The notes beneath the pieces are model-generated. The model did not search any database, was not told where the DNA came from, and saw nothing but the letters and a program-made list of their open reading frames with translations. From contig CM120642.1 in NCBI GenBank assembly GCA_051362555.1, forward strand, positions 12,152,001 to 12,216,000: 64,000 nt of DNA, in the 5' to 3' direction. Positions within the stretch are counted from its first letter, which is position 1. Each line of letters opens with the position of its first letter. The translations under genes were made by a program, and so were the position numbers. This DNA comes from Lingula anatina. Lineage: Eukaryota > Animalia > Brachiopoda. Below are positions 14,401 to 27,600 of this stretch, piece by piece.

Positions 14401-17400
14401 ATGACCCGTCACCAAATTTTCCAAAAAGTGATGAAAATCAATCTACCACACCTGTCATTCATAAAAAATGTGGAAACGCGCCCGGATCACTTCATTAAAG
14501 CCCCCAATTTCAGCTTTAAAGATGGCCAAAAAGCACACCTGAGAACAGGATTTAGAGAGAGGGGGGGTGGAGAGAGTTTTTGCTCTATTTCTTCCTTAAT
14601 AATGACACAACCACTCTTCCAGCACTTTATTCTGACTACAAATGACCAAACACACCTACCAGACACTATAATGAAGAAAAAAATTTTTCAACCCTACCTG
14701 GCCAAAATTGAAGAAAACTGCCATATCCGGACCTTACGAAAATCACTCAAAATCACCCAAAAATGACCCGTCACCAAATTTTCCAAAAAGTGATGAAAAT
14801 CAATCTACCACACCTGTCATTCATAAAAAATGTGGAAACGCGCCCGGATCACTTCATTAAAGCCCCCAATTTCAGCTTTAAAGATGGCCAAAAAGCACAC
14901 CTGAGAACAGGATTTGGAGAGAGGGGGGGTGGAGAGAGTTTTTGCTCTATTTCTTCCTTAATAATGACACAACCACTCTTCCAGCACTTTATTCTGACTA
15001 CAAATGACCAAACACACCTACCAGACACTATAATGAAGAAAAAAATTTTTCAACCCTACCTGGCCAAAATTGAAGAAAACTGCCATATCCGGACCTTACG
15101 AAAATCACTCAAAATCACCCAAAAATGACCCGTCACCAAATTTTCCAAAAAGTGATGAAAATCAATCTACCACACCTGTCATTCATAAAAAATGTGGAAA
15201 CGCGCCCGGATCACTTCATAAAAGCCCCCAATTTCAGCTTTAAAGATGGCCAAAAAGCACACCTGAGAACAGGATTTGGAGAGAGGGGGGGGTGGAGAGA
15301 GTTTTTGCTCTATTTCTTCCTTAATAATGACACAACCACTCTTCCAGCACTTTATTCTGACTACAAATGACCAAACACACCTACCAGACACTATAATGAA
15401 GAAAAAAATTTTTCAACCCTACCTGGCCAAAATTGAAGAAAACTGCCATATCCGGACCTTACGAAAATCACTCAAAATCACCCAAAAATGACCCGTCACC
15501 AAATTTTCCAAAAAGTGATGAAAATCAATCTACCACACCTGTCATTCATAAAAAATGTGGAAACGCGCCCGGATCACTTCATTAAAGCCCCCAATTTCAG
15601 CTTTAAAGATGGCCAAAAAGCACACCTGAGAACAGGATTTGGAGAGAGGGGGGGTGGAGAGAGTTTTTGCTCTATTTCTTCCTTAATAATGACACAACCA
15701 CTCTTCCAGCACTTTATTCTGACCAAACACACCTACCAGACACTATAATGAAGAAAAAAATTTTTCAACCCTACCTGGCCAAAATTGAAGAAAACTGCCA
15801 TATCCGGACCTTACGAAAATCACTCAAAATCACCCAAAAATGACCCGTCACCAAATTTTCCAAAAAGTGATGAAAATCAATCTACCACACCTGTCATTCA
15901 TAAAAAATGTGGAAACGCGCCCGGATCACTTCATTAAAGCCCCCAATTTCAGCTTTAAAGATGGCCAAAAAGCACACCTGAGAACAGGATTTGGAGAGAG
16001 GGGGGGTGGAGAGAGTTTTTGCTTTATTTCTTCCTTAATAATGACACAACCACTCTTCCAGCACATGACCAAACACACCTACCAGACACTATAATGAAGA
16101 AAAAAATTTTTCAACCCTACCTGGCCAAAATTGAAGAAAACTGCCATATCCGGACCTTACGAAAATCACTCAAAATCACCCAAAAATGACCCGTCACCAA
16201 ATTTTCCAAAAAGTGATGAAAATCAATCTACCACACCTGTCATTCATAAAAAATGTGGAAACGCGCCCGGATCACTTCATTAAAGCCCCCAATTTCAGCT
16301 TTAAAGATGGCCAAAAAGCACACCTGAGAACAGGATTTGGAGAGAGGGGGGGTGGAGAGAGTTTTTGCTCTATTTCTTCCTTAATAATGACACAACCACT
16401 CTTCCAGCACTTTATTCTGACTACAAATGACCAAACACACCTACCAGACACTATAATGAAGAAAAAAATTTTTCAACCCTACCTGGCTAAAATTGAAGAA
16501 AACTGCCATATCCGGACCTTACGAAAATCACTCAAAATCACCCAAAAATGACCCGTCACCAAATTTTCCAAAAAGTGATGAAAATCAATCTACCACACCT
16601 GTCATTCATAAAAAATGTGGAAACGCGCCCGGATCACTTCATTAAAGCCCCCAATTTCAGCTTTAAAGATGGCCAAAAAGCACACCTGAGAACAGGATTT
16701 AGAGAGAGGGGGGGTGGAGAGAGTTTTTGCTCTATTTCTTCCTTAATAATGACACAACCACTCTTCCAGCACTTTATTCTGACTACAAATGACCAAACAC
16801 ACCTACCAGACACTATAATGAAGAAAAAAATTTTTCAACCCTACCTGGCCAAAATTGAAGAAAACTGCCATATCCGGACCTTACGAAAATCACTCAAAAT
16901 CACCCAAAAATGACCCGTCACCAAATTTTCCAAAAAGTGATGAAAATCAATCTACCACACCTGTCATTCATAAAAAATGTGGAAACGCGCCCGGATCACT
17001 TCATTAAAGCCCCCAATTTCAGCTTTAAAGATGGCCAAAAAGCACACCTGAGAACAGGATTTGGAGAGAGGGGGGGTGGAGAGAGTTTTTGCTCTATTTC
17101 TTCCTTAATAATGACACAACCACTCTTCCAGCACTTTATTCTGACTACAAATGACCAAACACACCTACCAGACACTATAATGAAGAAAAAAATTTTTCAA
17201 CCCTACCTGGCCAAAATTGAAGAAAACTGCCATATCCGGACCTTACGAAAATCACTCAAAATCACCCAAAAATGACCCGTCACCAAATTTTCCAAAAAGT
17301 GATGAAAATCAATCTACCACACCTGTCATTCATAAAAAATGTGGAAACGCGCCCGGATCACTTCATAAAAGCCCCCAATTTCAGCTTTAAAGATGGCCAA

Positions 17401-18694
17401 AAAGCACACCTGAGAACAGGATTTGGAGAGAGGGGGGGGTGGAGAGAGTTTTTGCTCTATTTCTTCCTTAATAATGACACAACCACTCTTCCAGCACTTT
17501 ATTCTGACTACAAATGACCAAACACACCTACCAGACACTATAATGAAGAAAAAAATTTTTCAACCCTACCTGGCCAAAATTGAAGAAAACTGCCATATCC
17601 GGACCTTACGAAAATCACTCAAAATCACCCAAAAATGACCCGTCACCAAATTTTCCAAAAAGTGATGAAAATCAATCTACCACACCTGTCATTCATAAAA
17701 AATGTGGAAACGCGCCCGGATCACTTCATTAAAGCCCCCAATTTCAGCTTTAAAGATGGCCAAAAAGCACACCTGAGAACAGGATTTGGAGAGAGGGGGG
17801 GTGGAGAGAGTTTTTGCTCTATTTCTTCCTTAATAATGACACAACCACTCTTCCAGCACTTTATTCTGACCAAACACACCTACCAGACACTATAATGAAG
17901 AAAAAAATTTTTCAACCCTACCTGGCCAAAATTGAAGAAAACTGCCATATCCGGACCTTACGAAAATCACTCAAAATCACCCAAAAATGACCCGTCACCA
18001 AATTTTCCAAAAAGTGATGAAAATCAATCTACCACACCTGTCATTCATAAAAAATGTGGAAACGCGCCCGGATCACTTCATTAAAGCCCCCAATTTCAGC
18101 TTTAAAGATGGCCAAAAAGCACACCTGAGAACAGGATTTGGAGAGAGGGGGGGTGGAGAGAGTTTTTGCTTTATTTCTTCCTTAATAATGACACAACCAC
18201 TCTTCCAGCACATGACCAAACACACCTACCAGACACTATAATGAAGAAAAAAATTTTTCAACCCTACCTGGCCAAAATTGAAGAAAACTGCCATATCCGG
18301 ACCTTACGAAAATCACTCAAAATCACCCAAAAATGACCCGTCACCAAATTTTCCAAAAAGTGATGAAAATCAATCTACCACACCTGTCATTCATAAAAAA
18401 TGTGGAAACGCGCCCGGATCACTTCATTAAAGCCCCCAATTTCAGCTTTAAAGATGGCCAAAAAGCACACCTGAGAACAGGATTTGGAGAGAGGGGGGGT
18501 GGAGAGAGTTTTTGCTCTATTTCTTCCTTAATAATGACACAACCACTCTTCCAGCACTTTATTCTGACTACAAATGACCAAACACACCTACCAGACACTA
18601 TAATGAAGAAAAAAATTTTTCAACCCTACCTGGCTAAAATTGAAGAAAACTGCCATATCCGGACCTTACGAAAATCACTCAAAATCACCCAAAA
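14401..18694. repeat. Tandem duplication of a 6-monomer block (2 x 2147 bp)
   Basis: The same ordered markers occur in both copies: TTTAGA (units 14401/16548), ATAAAAG plus G8 (15125/17272), 10-bp deletion (15488/17635), 16-bp deletion plus GCTTTA (15840/17987), GGCTAA (16186/18333). 6x362+1-10-16 = 2147. Confidence 0.93.
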
Positions 18695-21600
18695 ATGACC
18701 CGTCACCAAATTTTCCAAAAAGTGATGAAAATCAATCTACCACACCTGTCATTCATAAAAAATGTGGAAACGCGCCCGGATCACTTCATTAAAGCCCCCA
18801 ATTTCAGCTTTAAAGATGGCCAAAAAGCACACCTGAGAACAGGATTTGGAGAGAGGGGGGGTGGAGAGAGTTTTTGCTCTATTTCTTCCTTAATAATGAC
18901 ACAACCACTCTTCCAGCACTTTATTCTGACTACAAATGACCAAACACACCTACCAGACACTATAATGAAGAAAAAAATTTTTCAACCCTACCTGGCCAAA
19001 ATTGAAGAAAACTGCCATATCCGCCCCTTACGAAAATCACTCAAAATCACCCAAAAATGACCCGTCACCAAATTTTCCAAAAAGTGATGAAAATCAATCT
19101 ACCACACCTGTCATTCATAAAAAATGTGGAAACGCGCCCGGATCACTTCATTAAAGCCCCCAATTTCAGCTTTAAAGATGGCCAAAAAGCACACCTGAGA
19201 ACAGGATTTGGAGAGAGGGGGGGTGGAGAGAGTTTTTGCTCTATTTCTTCCTTAATAATGACACAACCACTCTTCCAGCACTTTTTTCTGACTACAAATG
19301 ACCAAACACACCTACCAGACACTATAATGAAGAAAAAAATTTTTCAACCCTACCTGGCCAAAATTGAAGAAAACTGCCATATCCGGACCTTACGAAAATC
19401 ACTCAAAATCACCCAAAAATGACCCGTCACCAAATTTTCCAAAAAGTGATGAAAATCAATCTACCACACCTGTCATTCATAAAAAATGTGGAAACGCGCC
19501 CGGATCACTTCATTAAAGCCCCCAATTTCAGCTTTAAAGATGGCCAAAAAGCACACCTGAGAACAGGATTTGGAGAGAGGGGGGGTGGAGAGAGTTTTTG
19601 CTCTATTTCTTCCTTAATAATGACACAACCACTCTTCCAGCACTTTATTCTGACTACAAATGACCAAACACACCTACCAGACACTATAATGAAGAAAAAA
19701 ATTTTTCAACCCTACCTGGCTAAAATTGAAGAAAACTGCCATATCCGGACCTTACGAAAATCACTCAAAATCACCCAAAAATGACCCGTCACCAAATTTT
19801 CCAAAAAGTGATGAAAATCAATCTACCACACCTGTCATTCATAAAAAATGTGGAAACGCGCCCGGATCACTTCATTAAAGCCCCCAATTTCAGCTTTAAA
19901 GATGGCCAAAAAGCACACCTGAGAACAGGATTTGGAGAGAGGGGGGGTGGAGAGAGTTTTTGCTCTATTTCTTCCTTAATAATGACACAACCACTCTTCC
20001 AGCACTTTATTCTGACTACAAATGACCAAACACACCTACCAGACACTATAATGAAGAAAAAAATTTTTCAACCCTACCTGGCCAAAATTGAAGAAAACTG
20101 CCATATCCGCCCCTTACGAAAATCACTCAAAATCACCCAAAAATGACCCGTCACCAAATTTTCCAAAAAGTGATGAAAATCAATCTACCACACCTGTCAT
20201 TCATAAAAAATGTGGAAACGCGCCCGGATCACTTCATTAAAGCCCCCAATTTCAGCTTTAAAGATGGCCAAAAAGCACACCTGAGAACAGGATTTGGAGA
20301 GAGGGGGGGTGGAGAGAGTTTTTGCTCTATTTCTTCCTTAATAATGACACAACCACTCTTCCAGCACTTTATTCTGACTACAAATGACCAAACACACCTA
20401 CCAGACACTATAATGAAGAAAAAAATTTTTCAACCCTACCTGGCCAAAATTGAAGAAAACTGCCATATCCGGACCTTACGAAAATCACTCAAAATCACCC
20501 AAAAATGACCCGTCACCAAATTTTCCAAAAAGTGATGAAAATCAATCTACCACACCTGTCATTCATAAAAAATGTGGAAACGCGCCCGGATCACTTCATT
20601 AAAGCCCCCAATTTCAGCTTTAAAGATGGCCAAAAAGCACACCTGAGAACAGGATTTGGAGAGAGGGGGGGTGGAGAGAGTTTTTGCTCTATTTCTTCCT
20701 TAATAATGACACAACCACTCTTCCAGCACTTTATTCTGACTACAAATGACCAAACACACCTACCAGACACTATAATGAAGAAAAAAATTTTTCAACCCTA
20801 CCTGGCCAAAATTGAAGAAAACTGCCATATCCGGACCTTACGAAAATCACTCAAAATCACCCAAAAATGACCCGTCACCAAATTTTCCAAAAAGTGATGA
20901 AAATCAATCTACCACACCTGTCATTCATAAAAAATGTGGAAACGCGCCCGGATCACTTCATTAAAGCCCCCAATTTCAGCTTTAAAGATGGCCAAAAAGC
21001 ACACCTGAGAACAGGATTTGGAGAGAGGGGGGGTGGAGAGAGTTTTTGCTCTATTTCTTCCTTAATAATGACACAACCACTCTTCCAGCACTTTATTCTG
21101 ACTACAAATGACCAAACACACCTACCAGACACTATAATGAAGAAAAAAATTTTTCAACCCTACCTGGCCAAAATTGAAGAAAACTGCCATATCCGGACCT
21201 TACGAAAATCACTCAAAATCACCCAAAAATGACCCGTCACCAAATTTTCCAAAAAGTGATGAAAATCAATCTACCACACCTGTCATTCATAAAAAATGTG
21301 GAAACGCGCCCGGATCACTTCATTAAAGCCCCCAATTTCAGCTTTAAAGATGGCCAAAAAGCACACCTGAGAACAGGATTTGGAGAGAGGGGGGGTGGAG
21401 AGAGTTTTTGCTCTATTTCTTCCTTAATAATGACACAACCACTCTTCCAGCACTTTATTCTGACTACAAATGACCAAACACACCTACCAGACACTATAAT
21501 GAAGAAAAAAATTTTTCAACCCTACCTGGCTAAAATTGAAGAAAACTGCCATATCCGGACCTTACGAAAATCACTCAAAATCACCCAAAAATGACCCGTC

Positions 21601-24600
21601 ACCAAATTTTCCAAAAAGTGATGAAAATCAATCTACCACACCTGTCATTCATAAAAAATGTGGAAACGCGCCCGGATCACTTCATTAAAGCCCCCAATTT
21701 CAGCTTTAAAGATGGCCAAAAAGCACACCTGAGAACAGGATTTGGAGAGAGGGGGGGTGGAGAGAGTTTTTGCTCTATTTCTTCCTTAATAATGACACAA
21801 CCACTCTTCCAGCACTTTATTCTGACTACAAATGACCAAACACACCTACCAGACACTATAATGAAGAAAAAAATTTTTCAACCCTACCTGGCCAAAATTG
21901 AAGAAAACTGCCATATCCGGACCTTACGAAAATCACTCAAAATCACCCAAAAATGACCCGTCACCAAATTTTCCAAAAAGTGATGAAAATCAATCTACCA
22001 CACCTGTCATTCATAAAAAATGTGGAAACGCGCCCGGATCACTTCATTAAAGCCCCCAATTTCAGCTTTAAAGATGGCCAAAAAGCACACCTGAGAACAG
22101 GATTTGGAGAGAGGGGGGGTGGAGAGAGTTTTTGCTCTATTTCTTCCTTAATAATGACACAACCACTCTTCCAGCACTTTATTCTGACTACAAATGACCA
22201 AACACACCTACCAGACACTATAATGAAGAAAAAAATTTTTCAACCCTACCTGGCCAAAATTGAAGAAAACTGCCATATCCGGACCTTACGAAAATCACTC
22301 AAAATCACCCAAAAATGACCCGTCACCAAATTTTCCAAAAAGTGATGAAAATCAATCTACCACACCTGTCATTCATAAAAAATGTGGAAACGCGCCCGGA
22401 TCACTTCATTAAAGCCCCCAATTTCAGCTTTAAAGATGGCCAAAAAGCACACCTGAGAACAGGATTTGGAGAGAGGGGGGGTGGAGAGAGTTTTTGCTCT
22501 ATTTCTTCCTTAATAATGACACAACCACTCTTCCAGCACTTTATTCTGACTACAAATGACCAAACACACCTACCAGACACTATAATGAAGAAAAAAATTT
22601 TTCAACCCTACCTGGCCAAAATTGAAGAAAACTGCCATATCCGGACCTTACGAAAATCACTCAAAATCACCCAAAAATGACCCGTCACCAAATTTTCCAA
22701 AAAGTGATGAAAATCAATCTACCACACCTGTCATTCATAAAAAATGTGGAAACGCGCCCGGATCACTTCATTAAAGCCCCCAATTTCAGCTTTAAAGATG
22801 GCCAAAAAGCACACCTGAGAACAGGATTTGGAGAGAGGGGGGGTGGAGAGAGTTTTTGCTCTATTTCTTCCTTAATAATGACACAACCACTCTTCCAGCA
22901 CTTTATTCTGACTACAAATGACCAAACACACCTACCAGACACTATAATGAAGAAAAAAATTTTTCAACCCTACCTGGCCAAAATTGAAGAAAACTGCCAT
23001 ATCCGGACCTTACGAAAATCACTCAAAATCACCCAAAAATGACCCGTCACCAAATTTTCCAAAAAGTGATGAAAATCAATCTACCACACCTGTCATTCAT
23101 AAAAAATGTGGAAACGCGCCCGGATCACTTCATTAAAGCCCCCAATTTCAGCTTTAAAGATGGCCAAAAAGCACACCTGAGAACAGGATTTGGAGAGAGG
23201 GGGGGTGGAGAGAGTTTTTGCTCTATTTCTTCCTTAATAATGACACAACCACTCTTCCAGCACTTTATTCTGACTACAAATGACCAAACACACCTACCAG
23301 ACACTATAATGAAGAAAAAAATTTTTCAACCCTACCTGGCCAAAATTGAAGAAAACTGCCATATCCGGACCTTACGAAAATCACTCAAAATCACCCAAAA
23401 ATGACCCGTCACCAAATTTTCCAAAAAGTGATGAAAATCAATCTACCACACCTGTCATTCATAAAAAATGTGGAAACGCGCCCGGATCACTTCATTAAAG
23501 CCCCCAATTTCAGCTTTAAAGATGGCCAAAAAGCACACCTGAGAACAGGATTTGGAGAGGGGGGGTGGAGAGAGTTTTTGCTCTATTTCTTCCTTAATAA
23601 TGACACAACCACTCTTCCAGCACTTTATTCTGACTACAAATGACCAAACACACCTACCAGACACTATAATGAAGAAAAAAATTTTTCAACCCTACCTGGC
23701 CAAAATTGAAGAAAACTGCCATATCCGGACCTTACGAAAATCACTCAAAATCACCCAAAAATGACCCGTCACCAAATTTTCCAAAAAGTGATGAAAATCA
23801 ATCTACCACACCTGTCATTCATAAAAAATGTGGAAACGCGCCCGGATCACTTCATTAAAGCCCCCAATTTCAGCTTTAAAGATGGCCAAAAAGCACACCT
23901 GAGAACAGGATTTGGAGAGAGGGGGGGTGGAGAGAGTTTTTGCTCTATTTCTTCCTTAATAATGACACAACCACTCTTCCAGCACTTTATTCTGACTACA
24001 AATGACCAAACACACCTACCAGACACTATAATGAAGAAAAAAATTTTTCAACCCTACCTGGCCAAAATTGAAGAAAACTGCCATATCCGGACCTTACGAA
24101 AATCACTCAAAATCACCCAAAAATGACCCGTCACCAAATTTTCCAAAAAGTGATGAAAATCAATCTACCACACCTGTCATTCATAAAAAATGTGGAAACG
24201 CGCCCGGATCACTTCATTAAAGCCCCCAATTTCAGCTTTAAAGATGGCCAAAAAGCACACCTGAGAACAGGATTTGGAGAGAGGGGGGGTGGAGAGAGTT
24301 TTTGCTCTATTTCTTCCTTAATAATGACACAACCACTCTTCCAGCACTTTATTCTGACTACAAATGACCAAACACACCTACCAGACACTATAATGAAGAA
24401 AAAAATTTTTCAACCCTACCTGGCCAAAATTGAAGAAAACTGCCATATCCGGACCTTACGAAAATCACTCAAAATCACCCAAAAATGACCCGTCACCAAA
24501 TTTTCCAAAAAGTGATGAAAATCAATCTACCACACCTGTCATTCATAAAAAATGTGGAAACGCGCCCGGATCACTTCATTAAAGCCCCCAATTTCAGCTT

Positions 24601-27600
24601 TAAAGATGGCCAAAAAGCACACCTGAGAACAGGATTTGGAGAGAGGGGGGGTGGAGAGAGTTTTTGCTCTATTTCTTCCTTAATAATGACACAACCACTC
24701 TTCCAGCACTTTATTCTGACTACAAATGACCAAACACACCTACCAGACACTATAATGAAGAAAAAAATTTTTCAACCCTACCTGGCCAAAATTGAAGAAA
24801 ACTGCCATATCCGGACCTTACGAAAATCACTCAAAATCACCCAAAAATGACCCGTCACCAAATTTTCCAAAAAGTGATGAAAATCAATCTACCACACCTG
24901 TCATTCATAAAAAATGTGGAAACGCGCCCGGATCACTTCATTAAAGCCCCCAATTTCAGCTTTAAAGATGGCCAAAAAGCACACCTGAGAACAGGATTTG
25001 GAGAGAGGGGGGGTGGAGAGAGTTTTTGCTCTATTTCTTCCTTAATAATGACACAACCACTCTTCCAGCACTTTATTCTGACTACAAATGACCAAACACA
25101 CCTACCAGACACTATAATGAAGAAAAAAATTTTTCAACCCTACCTGGCCAAAATTGAAGAAAACTGCCATATCCGGACCTTACGAAAATCACTCAAAATC
25201 ACCCAAAAATGACCCGTCACCAAATTTTCCAAAAAGTGATGAAAATCAATCTACCACACCTGTCATTCATAAAAAATGTGGAAACGCGCCCGGATCACTT
25301 CATTAAAGCCCCCAATTTCAGCTTTAAAGATGGCCAAAAAGCACACCTGAGAACAGGATTTGGAGAGAGGGGGGGTGGAGAGAGTTTTTGCTCTATTTCT
25401 TCCTTAATAATGACACAACCACTCTTCCAGCACTTTATTCTGACTACAAATGACCAAACACACCTACCAGACACTATAATGAAGAAAAAAATTTTTCAAC
25501 CCTACCTGGCCAAAATTGAAGAAAACTGCCATATCCGGACCTTACGAAAATCACTCAAAATCACCCAAAAATGACCCGTCACCAAATTTTCCAAAAAGTG
25601 ATGAAAATCAATCTACCACACCTGTCATTCATAAAAAATGTGGAAACGCGCCCGGATCACTTCATTAAAGCCCCCAATTTCAGCTTTAAAGATGGCCAAA
25701 AAGCACACCTGAGAACAGGATTTGGAGAGAGGGGGGGTGGAGAGAGTTTTTGCTCTATTTCTTCCTTAATAATGACACAACCACTCTTCCAGCACTTTAT
25801 TCTGACTACAAATGACCAAACACACCTACCAGACACTATAATGAAGAAAAAAATTTTTCAACCCTACCTGGCCAAAATTGAAGAAAACTGCCATATCCGG
25901 ACCTTACGAAAATCACTCAAAATCACCCAAAAATGACCCGTCACCAAATTTTCCAAAAAGTGATGAAAATCAATCTACCACACCTGTCATTCATAAAAAA
26001 TGTGGAAACGCGCCCGGATCACTTCATTAAAGCCCCCAATTTCAGCTTTAAAGATGGCCAAAAAGCACACCTGAGAACAGGATTTGGAGAGAGGGGGGGT
26101 GGAGAGAGTTTTTGCTCTATTTCTTCCTTAATAATGACACAACCACTCTTCCAGCACTTTATTCTGACTACAAATGACCAAACACACCTACCAGACACTA
26201 TAATGAAGAAAAAAATTTTTCAACCCTACCTGGCCAAAATTGAAGAAAACTGCCATATCCGGACCTTACGAAAATCACTCAAAATCACCCAAAAATGACC
26301 CGTCACCAAATTTTCCAAAAAGTGATGAAAATCAATCTACCACACCTGTCATTCATAAAAAATGTGGAAACGCGCCCGGATCACTTCATTAAAGCCCCCA
26401 ATTTCAGCTTTAAAGATGGCCAAAAAGCACACCTGAGAACAGGATTTGGAGAGAGGGGGGGTGGAGAGAGTTTTTGCTCTATTTCTTCCTTAATAATGAC
26501 ACAACCACTCTTCCAGCACTTTATTCTGACTACAAATGACCAAACACACCTACCAGACACTATAATGAAGAAAAAAATTTTTCAACCCTACCTGGCCAAA
26601 ATTGAAGAAAACTGCCATATCCGGACCTTACGAAAATCACTCAAAATCACCCAAAAATGACCCGTCACCAAATTTTCCAAAAAGTGATGAAAATCAATCT
26701 ACCACACCTGTCATTCATAAAAAATGTGGAAACGCGCCCGGATCACTTCATTAAAGCCCCCAATTTCAGCTTTAAAGATGGCCAAAAAGCACACCTGAGA
26801 ACAGGATTTGGAGAGAGGGGGGGTGGAGAGAGTTTTTGCTCTATTTCTTCCTTAATAATGACACAACCACTCTTCCAGCACTTTATTCTGACTACAAATG
26901 ACCAAACACACCTACCAGACACTATAATGAAGAAAAAAATTTTTCAACCCTACCTGGCCAAAATTGAAGAAAACTGCCATATCCGGACCTTACGAAAATC
27001 ACTCAAAATCACCCAAAAATGACCCGTCACCAAATTTTCCAAAAAGTGATGAAAATCAATCTACCACACCTGTCATTCATAAAAAATGTGGAAACGCGCC
27101 CGGATCACTTCATTAAAGCCCCCAATTTCAGCTTTAAAGATGGCCAAAAAGCACACCTGAGAACAGGATTTGGAGAGAGGGGGGGTGGAGAGAGTTTTTG
27201 CTCTATTTCTTCCTTAATAATGACACAACCACTCTTCCAGCACTTTATTCTGACTACAAATGACCAAACACACCTACCAGACACTATAATGAAGAAAAAA
27301 ATTTTTCAACCCTACCTGGCCAAAATTGAAGAAAACTGCCATATCCGGACCTTACGAAAATCACTCAAAATCACCCAAAAATGACCCGTCACCAAATTTT
27401 CCAAAAAGTGATGAAAATCAATCTACCACACCTGTCATTCATAAAAAATGTGGAAACGCGCCCGGATCACTTCATTAAAGCCCCCAATTTCAGCTTTAAA
27501 GATGGCCAAAAAGCACACCTGAGAACAGGATTTGGAGAGAGGGGGGGTGGAGAGAGTTTTTGCTCTATTTCTTCCTTAATAATGACACAACCACTCTTCC

